NCBI GenBank assembly: GCA_951406725.2
Contig: OX597840.1
Span: 16,554,001 to 16,618,000 of the forward strand
Reading direction: 5' to 3'
Origin: Octopus vulgaris
Taxonomy: Eukaryota
DNA: 64,000 nt
Below the pieces are notes generated by a model that had not been told where the DNA came from, made no database searches, and saw only the letters and a list, made by a program, of their open reading frames with translations. Positions within the stretch are counted from its first letter, which is position 1. Each line of letters opens with the position of its first letter. The position numbers were made by a program, and so were the translations under genes. Positions 26,330 to 39,346 of the stretch are shown here, in pieces.

Positions 26330-27360
26330 CCAGTAAGCGAAAAAAATTTCCCCACGAGAGTTCCGGTTCCCAGTTATGAACTCATTTGCATACACCCAAT
26401 CAAAGCTCACCTATCAAACCAGTGTCCACCTCGTCACGGAAACACTCTGGTTGAGTTATAGCAAAATCTAACTGGTATAAATGGGTTGATAGGGATGAGA
26501 AATGTGTAATTAGTGTATAAAGAGAATGGAAAGTTGCTCACCGATGATGTCATAAGTGTTGCCAATTTGCCTAATTTACTAGAAAATGTAAATGAGTGTA
26601 GTTTCCTAATTTTTTGACTGATTTTGTACATTCCTAATTTAAAATGTTGGTGTTGATCCGGAAACATCGCAATCAATATGGCGCTGTGTAGTATTGCACC
26701 CTCCTTGCATATATTAATGGGTACAAGCTGTATCACTAATCTCAGTCTGAGCATACACTTGCGCCAGAAATTAATTAGCACTTCTCAAATTTCTACATTA
26801 AATAGGTTAAATCAATTAACCTATGAGCTGTTCAAAACGTCTTACGCGATGAGAAAACTTAGTATGGTGTGATTTCGGTCCTTGCGAGGCGCTACCTATA
26901 TCTATTAAACAAAGGAAGATTTGTCTGCATCCGCACTCCAAGTTGTTGCACTGCTATGTCAACATCATAAGGCTGTAGACTCTCAAACTGCTCTGCAAAC
27001 AAAGTTACGTCATCGTTCTGCGCAACAGTGAACTCGCAACAAAGCAATAGTTCGAGATATGGCCACTAGGTGACAGCACATGCCTTGAGTGAAGAGCAAA
27101 TCAAGGGTGCTAATTAATTTCTGACGGTAGTGTAGGTACCTAATGTTAACTCCATATAGAGATGCTGCTCGGGGAATGTGGTGCTTATGTGAGACCTGCT
27201 ATGCTGCACTCACAGAGTGACATACACCATTCCAAGCCTGACTGGCTGTACTCTAGTAGTATACAGTATGTGGAGTATCAAGGCGAGCTCTGATTGACTG
27301 TATGCAAATGAGTTCATTACTGGGGTCCGGAACTCTCGTGGGAAAAAATTTCGCGACCGG
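26330..27360. mobile_element. ~1-kb non-autonomous DNA transposon with ~80-bp TIRs
   Basis: 26330-26413 (gcgaaaaaaatttccccacgagagttccgg...ctcatttgcatac...) is the reverse complement of 27281-27360. Confidence 0.75.
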
Positions 27361-27490
27361 TAATAAAGTTACAGGAAAAAAAAGTCACAGTAATAAAGTC
27401 ACAATTAATATATGGGATCCGGACAAACCCCCTCCTAGGACAAAACCCCTCAGACAAAACCCCATGTGACTTTTTTTCCTGTGATTTAAA
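27361..27490. mobile_element. Short element with aaagtcaca / ggacaaaacccc subrepeats (Mutator-like TIR style)
   Basis: Direct repeats aaagtcaca, inverted tgtgacttttt, three gacaaa(a)cccc. Confidence 0.45.
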
Positions 27491-28395
27491 AAAAAAAATC
27501 TAGATTCGGTTTGGCACTTGAACTGTTTGGTCAAATAAAATTGGCTGTATTCATTGGTTACGGAATTACATGGTGGAGTTACCTGCGTTAATAGCGAGAC
27601 CGCAGTCGATTAACTTTCGTTCAACCCATTATCATACCTGGACTCACGTATTTGTAAGCACATTCGCAGGCAATTTATTCCGGCCTGTACCGTGTGTTAA
27701 CCTCTTAACATATTATCCCGTATATTTTCGTTCAAAGATGTCTAGTAAATATATATTTGAACGAAAATGTACGTTCACTTTACTCTAAGGATATCTGTCA
27801 CTTATTTCTAACGCGAAACATTTCGTTCATGATGTTATTCCCGTTTTCTATCATTAACTATCAGTAACTTCATAATAAACCATAACTGATCCAAAATAAT
27901 TTGTGTACTTATTCTTCCTTATATACAGATTCAAAATAAACAATAAAAAATTAATTTTTTTTGCATGGAAATTGAAAGAAAAAATTGTGTATGTTAGGTT
28001 AAAAGCGAAACCAAAATATGTGGCTTTGAACACTCAGGGGAGACAGGAAACTATCAATGTCGGTCGATTCAATCAGGCTTTCGTCGAGTCTCTTCCTCCA
28101 CCATAACACTCCTCTTCTTTTTCTTCCACATCCAAACAATGCGTACGTAAACATAACACATTGTTCAACAAGGCGTTTCTTACCAACGGGAACCAAAAGT
28201 GGAAGAAGAGTGCATTGGCCGCTTAGGTACACTGGCACATATTTTCATTGAAAAAAAAAGTCTTCTTTTTATAGTTTCTAAGAAATAAGAAATAGAAATG
28301 CAGAACTTTGCATTTTCTAAGAACTTTTTACTGTGGCATGGACGTTTTGTTTTTCAACAATTCTTCTTCTTCTGATAGATAGATAGATAGGTAGG

Positions 28396-28450
<55 letters not shown>

Positions 28451-29635
28451 GTAGGTAGGAATGTAGGTAGGTAGATAGATAGATAAATAGGTAGGTAAAT
28501 AGATAGCTACATACATACATACATACGTAGGTAGGTAGATAGACATGTAACGGTAGAGGTTACCAGTTGTAAGCGATGAAAGATTTGTTTTTGTAGCGAT
28601 GCCTGTTTTGGTGCAACATCGGGATCGCCAGTTTGTAGCAGTTAATTCTTGGGAAGGCTGCAATTCTTTTGTTCGGGGTCACCAATTGTTACGGTTAGGT
28701 TTTAAATAGTGTAGTTACCAATTGTAACGGGTAAGATTGATTAGGTCAGCAGTTATAACGATAAAAAATTTGTTGTTATAATTGCATACTTTAGGATGTG
28801 AAAGATGAACAATGCATAAAGTTTTAAGGAAATATTTATTTACCGTTACGTTACACTACCTTGCCTCGACGGGCAGGTTATGATAAATCCAAAAGCATAC
28901 GAAGGAAAGTTTGTGTTTGTGTCCTCTTCATTGTTTAGTAGTAATTACAGAGAGAGATAGAATGATGTTGTAAGAGAACAGATTTAGAGCTAGTGAGAGT
29001 TGAAGGGTTGTAGGTGTTGTCTCACAGTTGCTGACAGTGAACTTCATCTCTCCCTCTGACCAAGGTTCTAGCTGGTCATCAAGACTTCGTTCTCGCTGAG
29101 TTGTCACCGAATGATTAACTGGTTGAGTTATCACCAGGTGACTGAACTATCATTTTGCTTGGGGTTTATGCTTTTATAACTATCCAGAAGGATAGACATA
29201 TCATTGAAAACAACAGATTTAGTTGGTGGTCTTGTTATCTCAATTCTAGCTTTTGGTGAGGTTATAAGGGTCAAGTGGTGAAGACATTATGAAGACATTT
29301 CGGCCTAGCTAAAGACAATCTGGCAGATGTAAAACTGCTGTTAGAGAAAAGCCATTGTTCCACCGTGAGAAAAATTCTGTTGAACTGTTAATTTAAATTT
29401 GGCTATGGTAGATTGAATCCACTTGATGCATGCAAGATCTACTACAGATAGATAGATAAATGGATAGATAGATAGATGGATAGATAGATAGGTAGGTAGG
29501 TAGGTGGGTAGGTAGGTAGGTAGGTAGGTAGGTAGGTAAGTAGGTAGGTAAGTAGGTAGGTAGGTAGGTAGGTAGGTAGGTAAGTAGGTAGGTAGGTAGG
29601 TAAGTAGGTAGGTGGGTAGATAGATAGACAGATTT

Positions 29636-30300
29636 CTTTATTAGCCACACGGGGTTCGACACAGAGAGGACAATACAATGTAGAGTTTTTCTTTTCGAGG
29701 TGGGGCGAAAACAAACAAATAAAAAAAGGGACAACAAAATCGTTGGGGCGTATAAAAAATCCAAATGGTAGTATAAAAAACAGAGTTCCCAAAAGTGGGG
29801 AGGTGTAACCATGGAAAGAAAAACCTACGAAAAAACCACAGTAACCTTGGGCAATAGCGTAATACGAAAACACATTAGAATAAGTTACTATCTTTTCCCT
29901 TTCTTTTCTGGTTCATAGGATTATGCTCAAGGTGGTTCCGTCATTCATATGCGCCATCCTTGCTACATTCACCCAGATAGATAGGTAGGTAGGTAGAGAG
30001 ATAGATGGATAAGTGAATAGATATGTTTCTTTATTAGCCACACAGAGCTGCACACAGACGGGACAGATTACAAAGTAGAGCTTTTCTTTTTTGGGGAAAA
30101 AAAGGTGGGGTAGGTTGTCGATCAAAAGGGGTCGTAAAAGGGAAAAAAGAAAAAAAGGAAAAGAAACAAAAGAAAAAAAAAAGCGATCAATAGGGATCGT
30201 GTATCGCGGTGTCATGATGTAAAGTGTAAAGGAAAAAGCAGATAAGGTTTATCCGTAGGACGAAAAGCCTACGGAAAAGACCACGGTAACCTCGGTCAAT
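29636..30300 (-). mobile_element. Two 3'-end fragments of a non-LTR element with (CTAT/CTAC)n tails
   Basis: 29636-29860 and 30026-30300 share tttc(t)ttattagccacac...gtagag...cctacg...accac.gtaacct. The minus strand has aataaagaaa before the microsatellite. Confidence 0.6.
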
Positions 30301-30327
30301 ATTGTTACATGTTACCATTATATTACC

Positions 30328-31416
30328 GCCTATTACTTGTCAAGCTTCAAGCATATAGGTTCCATCCGGATATTGTACGATGGGTTGGTGCCTTCCTCTC
30401 AGATCGCTCCTTCCAAGTCCAAGTTAATGGTTCGCGGTCCGACGTCTCCAGTGCGAGCAGTGGCGTGCCTCAAGGTTCAGTACTTGGGCCCTTATTGTTC
30501 TTAGTCTTCATAAATGACTTGCTCAACGACCTCACGCAACACACCCTTCTATTTGCCGACGATGTCAAACTGGTCGCTCCTCGCGGTGATATAGAGGATC
30601 TTCGTCGATGCCTCCACCAAATTTGGAGGTGGTCTAACGAATGGGACCTGTGTCTGAACGTGTCAAAGTGCTGTCATCTGCCTGTTGGCTCTCCTCCTGC
30701 AACTCAACTTGATTTCGAGTCTGCTGCTGGAGAGGACCGATTAGGTAAAGGACCTGGGTATCTTGGTGGATTCCTCCTTTTCACCTTCGGCCCAGTGCGT
30801 CCATGCTGCCAACAAAGCATGCGGAATTCTGTTCTTGATTCGACGGTCATTCGGAATGCTCACAGCAGCCATATTCCTACCGCTCTATGTCACGCTGGTG
30901 AGACCCTTATTGGAGTACGGGATTCAAGCCTCTTCTCCTTATCTCCTCAAAGACATACAGCATCTCGAAAGAGTCCAGAAGCTGTCTTGGTTTCAAGCAT
31001 TTGTCTTATGAAGAAAGGCTGAAGACGCTCGACTTTTATTCTCTAGAAAAACGCCGACGCCGTGGTGATCTCATTCTCGCTCACAACATCATAAGCGGAA
31101 AGTGTAACCTCTCGAAAGAGCTGTTCTTCACTCCTGCTCCAGAGCGTCGGCTGCGGGGTCATTCCGAAAAGCTCTATCTGCGACGATTTCATCTCAATCG
31201 AAGGAGAGGGGCTTTCTCCGTCCGGGTTGCGGATCAGTGGAACAAGCTGCCAGACGAGATGGTGAAGATGCCGACGACCGCTTTGTTCAAAGTCTCCCTT
31301 GACATCAAGTGGCCTGAACTCTTTACATGAACACCACCCTGTACATAACTCCATGTCCCCCTACATGGCCTTGCTTTTTGCATTTTGAGCCAAAAATTAA
31401 CTAACTAACTAACTAA
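30328..31416 (+). pseudogene. 5'-truncated CR1-group LINE (RT and C-terminus), frameshifted
   Basis: GVPQGSVLGPLLF, FADDVKL, LVRPLLEY, YEERL..L...SLEKRRRRGDLI, RGHSEKL, FSVRVADQWNKLP, followed by an (ACTA)n tail. Confidence 0.92.
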
Positions 31417-32078
31417 ATTAAGGCAGCGAGCTGGCAGAAACGTTAGCACGTCTGGCGAAATGCGTAGCCGTATTTCGTCTGCCGTTACGTTCTGAGTTCA
31501 AATTCCGCCGAGGTCGACTTTGCCTTTCATCCTTTCGGGGCCGATTAAATAATTACCAGTTACGCACTGGGATCGATATAATCGACTTAATCCGTTTGTC
31601 TGTCCTTGTTTGTCCTCTCTGTGTTTAACCCGTTGTGGGTAGTAAAGAAATAAGTATTTCGTGTGCCGTAACGTTTTGAGTTCAAATTCCGCCGAGGTCG
31701 TCTTTGTCTTTCATCCTTTCGGGGTTAATAAATTAAGTACTAGTTGCGTACAGGGGCCGATCTAATCGACTGGCCCCACCCAACAAAATTTTGGGCCTTG
31801 TGCCTAGAGTAGAAAAGATTATTATTAAGCAGTAATGTTTTCTGCTAAAGGCAAAAAATACTTTTGTATGCTGGATTGTTCTGAATATTGGTTTCAAATT
31901 TTGGGACAAGGCCAGTAGTTTCGGGGAAGTAGGTGAGTCGATTACATCGACATCAGTACTCAACTGGCCCTTATTATCTAACACACACACTGATTCGATT
32001 TCCACTCATTTATTATATATTTTCTTCTAACACTTTCGTTTCTTTTCAATCCTGTCAATGGATGTTGACGCTGACCGC

Positions 32079-32133
<55 letters not shown>

Positions 32134-34398
32134 TATAAGAGTGGCTGTGTTGTAAGTAGCTTGGTTGCGTGTTGTGTGGCACCTTGAGCAAGTCTCTTCT
32201 ACTATAGCCTCGGGCCGACCAAAGCCTTGTGAGTGGATTTGGTAGACAGAAACTGAAAGAAGCCCGTCGTATATATGTATATATATATATATATATGTAT
32301 GTGTGTTTATGTATGTTTGTATGTCTGTGTTTGTCGCCCCAACATTGCTTGACAACCGATGCTGGTGTGTTTACGTCCCCGTAACTTAACGGTTCTGCAA
32401 AAGAGACCGATAGAATAAGTACTAGGCTTACAAAGAATAAGTCCTGGGTCGATTTGCTTGATTAAAGGCGGTGCTCCAGCATGGCCACACTCAAATGACT
32501 GAAACAAGTAAAAAAAGGATATATATATTACACACAGACACACACACACAGACATATCGTTTGTAGAAAACAAATCCGGAGGAGAAGTACACTCTGAGAT
32601 GTAGAGTGGTGCATATTTTAAAAATGGGGAATGCCGGTTTATAGGATTACCCCTCCATAAAGGGTTTAGCTTTATGGTGTATCGTCAGACAGCAAAACCT
32701 GTTGGCCTAAGACCTCTTCAAAATATGGAGGGGAAAGCTAAACTCTTTATGAACGGAATATCCAGGATAATCCCATAAACCGGCCTTCCCCATTTTTAAT
32801 ATGTATATATAGGTGCAGGAGTGGCTGTGTGGTAAGTAGCTTGCTTACCAACCACATGGTTCCGGGTTCAGTCCCACTGCGTGGCACCTTGGGCAAGTGT
32901 CTTCTACTATAGCCTCGGGCCAACCAAAGCCTTGTGAGTGGATTTGGTAGACGGAAACTGAAAGAAGCCCGTTGTATATATGTATATATATGTGTATGTG
33001 TCTGTGTTTGTCCCCCTAGCATTGCTTGACAACCGATGCTGGTGTGTTTATGTCCCCGTCACCTAGCGGTTCGGCAAAAGAGACCGATCGAATAAGTACT
33101 GGGCTTACAAAGAATAAGTCCCGGGGTCGAGTTGCTCGACTAAAGGCGGTGCTCCAGCATGGCCACAGTCAACTGACTGAAACAAGTAAAAGAGTAAAAG
33201 AGTAAAAGAGTAAAAGAGTAAAGAGAGTAAATGTATTATACTTCGTTTTTTTTTTTTCTTTCTCTGGCTTGCGAGATTCTTTATGTGAATTCGTTTGTTG
33301 AAGCAAATTTTGTTGTCTGAAGGGAGTCATATTGTCTTAATGCCTTTATTATCTAACACACACACCGGTTCGATTTCCACTCATTTATTATTTATATATT
33401 TTCTTCCAAAGTGTTCGTTGTTTTTGCAACCTTGAGTGAAAAGTCCTAAATTTAGAGTCGCAAGTATAGTTCAAGGGAAATAACTCTAAAAGTATTATTA
33501 CGTAGTTGCTTTGCATGGCTTGCTAAATTGACCTTCTTCGTGGGAGAGAGATTTTACGAAGACATTTTTTATCGTTTTTGAATATTATTAAATATTCGTT
33601 TCTATTCTAGGCAGAAGGTTCGAAGTTTTTGAGGAGGGGGGGGCAGTCGATTACGCAACTGGTACTTAATTTATCGACCTCGAAAGGACGGATGGCAAAG
33701 TCGACCTCGGCAGAATTTGAACTCAGAACATAAAGACGAATCCACTCGGGTCCTTTTTTTTATTTTAAGGCTAGTACTTATTCCATCAGCCTCCATCGGT
33801 CTCTTTTGCCGAACCGCTAAGTTACGAAGATGTAATCATACCGACATCGGTTGTCAAGCTGTGGTGGGGGACAAACACAGACACAGACACACAGACACAC
33901 ACACACACTCACGCAGACACACACACACACGGCAGGCTTCTTTCAGTTTCCGCCTATTCACTACACTAGTGGCTCGAGGCTATATTAGAAAATACATGCT
34001 CAAGATACCACGCAGTGAGTATGTGTGTGCGCGCGCGTATGGATATTTAAAGAAAGATTTTCTAAACTCCAGAAATTTTGAGGGATAGGGCCAGTCAAGT
34101 ACATCGACACCAGGTTTTGATTAGGCCTTATCTTGTCCATCGGCGGAATTTGAACACAGCATGTGAAGTGTCGGATGAAATTCAACGAGACATTTTTATC
34201 CGGCGTAATTTTCATTCGATTCTGTCATAAAATTTTAAGGTATTTTTTATATAATTAATGATTTTTAATTTAAGAAAATCATTCCTCAAATATTTTTACT
34301 TTATCAAGAATTTGCACACACACACACACGTTCATGCATGCATATGTATATACTCATGCATACATGCATATATATATATCCATGTATGTGCATGCGTT

Positions 34399-34472
<74 letters not shown>

Positions 34473-34691
34473 CAGTGTACATTTAAACACATAAGAGATG
34501 GCCATAATGGGGCATTCAAACCGCTAGAAGGAATTGTTAAACTCCAAACCACTATTTGGAGTAATTTAAAAGGGAATGAAAAATAAAAACAATTATTTTT
34601 CATTCCCTTTTGAAATTACCCCTAATAATATTCCTTCTAGTGAGTTAGATGTCCCATTATGGCCATCTCATATGTGTTTAAATGTACACTG
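34473..34691. mobile_element. Tc1/mariner-type MITE
   Basis: TA-cagtgtacatttaaacacata...tatgtgtttaaatgtacactg-TA, almost fully self-complementary. Confidence 0.88.
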
Positions 34692-34765
34692 TATTTATAT
34701 GAATAATATATAGTCTATTGACTAGTTTTTTTCTTCACGCTAGACCACTGGTAGCAAAAAATTTC

Positions 34766-34858
<93 letters not shown>

Positions 34859-34996
34859 ATAAAGAAATGGAGTTAAAAGCAGGTGACACTTCTAACACAT
34901 GTTTCGAAGGAAACACCGGCACTGCTCCAGACGGAAGAAAACGATGCAAAACAATGCTATCCTCTCATCAGGGAAGTAAAGAGAAACAAGGCACGT

Positions 34997-35092
34997 CACA
35001 TTTCCCTGATGAGAGGATCGCATTGTTTTGCATCGTTTTCTTCCGTCTGGAGCAGTGCCGGTGTTTTCTTCGAAACATGTGTCGGAAGTGTG
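34997..35092 (+). ncRNA. Type I hammerhead ribozyme with a canonical core
   Basis: CACAUUUCC-CUGAUGA(35006-12)-GAGGA...UUCUUC-GAAA(35072-75)-C AUGU G-UC-GGAAGUGUG. Stem I is 9 bp, G-C closes stem II, stem III contains palindromic ACAUGU, GUC site after 35083. A degenerate inverted copy lies at 34888-34977 (-). Confidence 0.8.
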
Positions 35093-37318
35093 GGGGTTGA
35101 GTGGCACTTGCTTTTAACTCCATTTCTTCATCTATCTATGTCATACAAAAACATTTCACTAAAACCTGGAATTTCTACCTTTATAAGTAGGCTGAAACAT
35201 CCTTGGTACTTATGTGAATTTTTTGCTACCCTGGTAAGCTATTTATTAATTTTTTTCCGTGTTATTTGTACAAACGGAAAAAATACACATATATTTATGT
35301 ATGCATGTATGTATGTATGTATGTATGTATATACATACATATATAAATACATACGTAATACATAAATGCATGTATACATACATACATAAATGCATACATA
35401 CATACATACATACATACATACATACATACATACATACATACATACACCCATACATACATACATACATAAATGCTTGCCTACATACATAGATACATGCGCA
35501 CATACATACATACATACATACATACATACATACATACATACATACATACACACATAAATGCATGCATACACACACGTATTTTACATACATAAATGCTTGC
35601 ATACATACATATGCATACACACCCACCCACACACACAGATATTTATACATACTAAGATCTCCTTCACAATCCTCACCCACGTAACTGAAAACAGATCAAT
35701 TATCTTCGATGTTATAAATATATTTCAAAAGAAAGTAATATTCCAAGGAGACAATCTGTCTGTGCTTTTGTTTATTCTGGCAACGCAGCCTCTGTCACTT
35801 TATTTCATCAAGATCCATCAGTGATGACGCGTCAGGGTTTAGAACAGTCAGACACACCAATGGAATTGAAGCTTTCTTGGTGAACTCTCCAAAGTTCTGT
35901 AAGAAAAATATTTACAATTGCGAGAAACGGCTGGATTTAGTAACATCTGTTGATAAAAAGGATGGAGTTCAGCCAAAAGAAATCTTTTCTTTTACGTATT
36001 TCAGCCGTTGGAATACGGCCATGCTGGGGCACCATCTTAGAGGGTTAGTCAAAGGGTTCTCAACCAATTTTTTGCTTATGGACCCCATTGATTTCTATTG
36101 TACTTGTATGGACCCCATTCCCATAACATAGCCATTCGTTGTGTAAAAAACTCCAATTGTATTTTTATAATTAAATATTATTAGGACTTGTATAAAAATT
36201 GGTGGTCGATGCCAGTGCCGCCTGACTGGCACCCGTGCTGATGGTACATAAAAAACACCATTCGAGCGTGGCCGATACCAGTGCTGCCTGACTGGGACCG
36301 TGTCGGTGGCATGTACAAAGCACCATTCAAGCGTAGCCAATGCCTGTGCCACCTGACGGGTACCCGTGCCACTACACTCTCGGCGTGGTTGGTGTTAGGA
36401 AGAGCATCAAGCTGTAGAAACCTTGCCAAATTAATATGGAGCCCGGTGTATCCTCCCGGCTTGCGAGTCCTCAGTCAAACCATCCAAGCCATGCCAGCAT
36501 GGAAAGCGGACGTTAAACGACGATGATGGTTCTGTGTATTGTAGACGTATAACTAACTTATCTGACATAAACTTTTCTGGTGTGAAGCACAGATTTTCAT
36601 GGTCCTTGAAAAATTACCGTGGACCCCAATATGCTATATTGCATATGTGTACCTCAAAATCTTATATGGGCCTTCAGCGTCCATATAAGGATGAGAATCC
36701 TCGTTTAGTCGAAGAAATCGCCCCCCAGGAGTTTTGTTTTAAAGTCTTGTACTTATTTTATTGGTGGTTTTTGTTGAACCGTTAAGTTATGGGAAATGTA
36801 AACCAGCCTAAAACTGGTTCTCGAGGATGATGGTGGCGACATACACACACGCAGACAAACACACACATACACAGGCACACCACACACACAGGCACACAGA
36901 TACATACACACACACACACACAAATGCAAACACATACAATAACGGAGTAACACAAAGCACACACAAACAGACACACACACACACACAAACGTATATATAT
37001 ATATATATATATATATGTACATACACAGGACGAGCTCCCACAAGCATTTTCCGTCAACGGAATTTACTCACAAGATATTGGTCAGAACCATGGCCATTGT
37101 AGAAGACCCTTGCTCAAGGTACTGCGCATTGAGACTGAACCCGAATCTCCGTGGTTACGCAGCGAACTTCTAAACAACACAGCTGCACTTGCTAATAGAT
37201 CTGCAGATCTGAGAGATGAACGTGAAAAGAGACAACCCCCATCCCTCACCCCCGCAAACTGTTCTCTCAATCGTAAATCTTTTCCACAATCATCTTTCTT
37301 TCTTTCTCTCTCTCTCTG

Positions 37319-37349
<31 letters not shown>

Positions 37350-37627
37350 CTGTCTATCTATCTATCCATCTATCTACCTCTCTGTCTCTCTATCTGTCCA
37401 TCCATTTGTCTTTTACTCTTTTACTCTTTTACACGGCTCAGTCCTTTGACTGCGGCCATACTGGAACACTGCTCTTTAGTCGAAGACATCAACCCGAAGA
37501 CTTATTCTTTGTAAGCTTAGTACTTATTCTACCGGTCTCTTTTGCCGAAACGCTAAGTTTCGGGGATATAAACACACCAACATTGTACATTATTTACATA
37601 TATTTTTCCTCATCCTGTTTGTTGTTA

Positions 37628-37671
37628 ACACAACATTTCGGCTGATATACCCTCCAGCATTCTTCAGGTGT
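37628..37671 (-). ncRNA. Minimal hammerhead motif (left arm)
   Basis: ACAC-CUGAAGA-A-UGCUG...CAGCC-GAAA-UG-UU-GUGU. Stem III CG appears decayed to UG. Confidence 0.55.
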
Positions 37672-37728
37672 TTTGGGGAAAATTTCGAACCGGGGTTCTC
37701 ATTCCTAAGGTATTTTTCTATGTTGTTG

Positions 37729-37778
<50 letters not shown>

Positions 37779-37900
37779 ATTATTATTATTATTGTTATTA
37801 TTATTCAGGTCGCTACCTGGTATCGAATTCGGAGACTTGGGGTTAGTAGCCCGCGCTCTTAACCACTACCCCATATGCCCGTGGGCATATGGCGTAGCGA

Positions 37901-37974
<74 letters not shown>

Positions 37975-38023
37975 TTGAAAAATACCTTAGGAATGAGAAC
38001 CCAGGTTCGAAATTTCCCCCAAG

Positions 38024-38066
38024 ACACCTGAAGAAGGCTGGAGGGTATATCAGCCGAAACATTGTG
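38024..38066 (+). ncRNA. Minimal hammerhead motif (right arm)
   Basis: (A)CAC-CUGAAGA-A-GGCUG gaggguauau CAGCC-GAAA-CA-UU-GUG. Stem III CG appears decayed to CA. Confidence 0.6.
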
Positions 38067-38321
38067 AGAAAAAATATCCGTTGAATGTAAATAATGTAAA
38101 TAATGTACATAATTCCTCATCTTTTAAATATAGAACCGTAACACCGACATTGGGGGACAAACACAGACACCACGAAGACACGCACACATAAATATACATA
38201 CATACATACATACATATGTATATATGAATTTTTCTCTAGAGAACATTCTTTTCTTTGTAGTCTGATCGTTGGTGATCTACTTCTAGCATACCGCTGACCA
38301 CTTAGTGGTTCTTTAGCTCTT

Positions 38322-38375
<54 letters not shown>

Positions 38376-38402
38376 ATATATATATATATGTTATATATAT
38401 GT

Positions 38403-38434
<32 letters not shown>

Positions 38435-38449
38435 GTCGGAATATATATG

Positions 38450-38500
<51 letters not shown>

Positions 38501-38503
<3 letters not shown>

Positions 38504-39267
38504 GGCTGATTAGAAATTGGCTGCCGGTTCTTCGCGGGGTTTCTCTCCCCCTCTTTTTACATTGTCTGTCTGGACTCCTCTTCCTACTCCTCGACATGGC
38601 CATGCATACTTAAGCTAGTAACCTGCCTCACTCTTGATTCCGAACTCCTTTTGCCAAGTCTGTCCGTAAACGAAGTGATCCCAAGATAAGAAATCTTTGA
38701 ACTTTAATTCATCCGTATCTCTATTTATTATTATTATTTATTAATTATTATTATTCTGATCCCCCTAGTCGCCACTCTGTTTACTATTTCAGCCTCGCCT
38801 CGTTTTTGCATATTCTGTATAATTCACTAGTTATCGTTATAGATATTTAGGTTCTATCTCCCTTACAGGGCTGATTAGAAATTGGCTGCCGGTTCTTCGC
38901 GGGGTTTCTCTCCCCCTCTTTTTACATTGTCTGTCTGGACTCCTCTTCCTACTCCTCGACATGGCCATGCATACTTAAGCTAGTAACCTGCCTCACTCTT
39001 GATTCCGAACTCCTTTTTCCAAGTCTGTCCGTAAACGAAGTGATCCCAAGATAAGAAATCTTTGAACTTTAATTCATCCGTATCTCTATTTATTATTATT
39101 ATTTATTAATTATTATTATTCTGATCCCCCTAGTCGCCACTCTGTTTACTATTTCAGCCTCGCCTCGTTTTTGCATATTCTGTATAATTCACTAGTTATC
39201 GTTATAGATATTTAGGTTCTATCTCCCTTACAGGGCTGATTAGAAATTGGCTGCCGGTTCTTCGCGG
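38501..39267. repeat. 365-bp tandem repeat, 2.1 near-identical copies
   Basis: cagggctgattagaaattggctgccgg starts at 38501, 38866 and 39231. Confidence 0.95.
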
Positions 39268-39346
39268 CGCGCCCGCCCTACCCACCCCCACCACCAATAC
39301 CGGATATCTCTATTTTGCTCCAACTATACCAGATGTCGTTTCTCCC

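Larger units (their letters stand above)
37586..38140. mobile_element. Head-to-head element: tRNA-like head, (AAT)n and hammerhead-bearing tail, inserted in a SINE A
   Basis: Arms 37584-37880 (-) and 37883-38110 (+). Flanked by acacc(a/g)acattg at 37574-37585 and 38141-38152 (TSD-like). Confidence 0.8.

Noticed and set aside
28876-29390. Possible solo LTR on the minus strand
   Set aside because: TATA-like and terminal-like motifs are present, but I could not verify TG...CA ends, a TSD or a second copy.
32574-32802. Hammerhead beside an inverted repeat (cggagga...gagatgta)
   Set aside because: Several core positions are mutated, so it is too degenerate to call. The inverted repeat at 32612-32802 itself is real.
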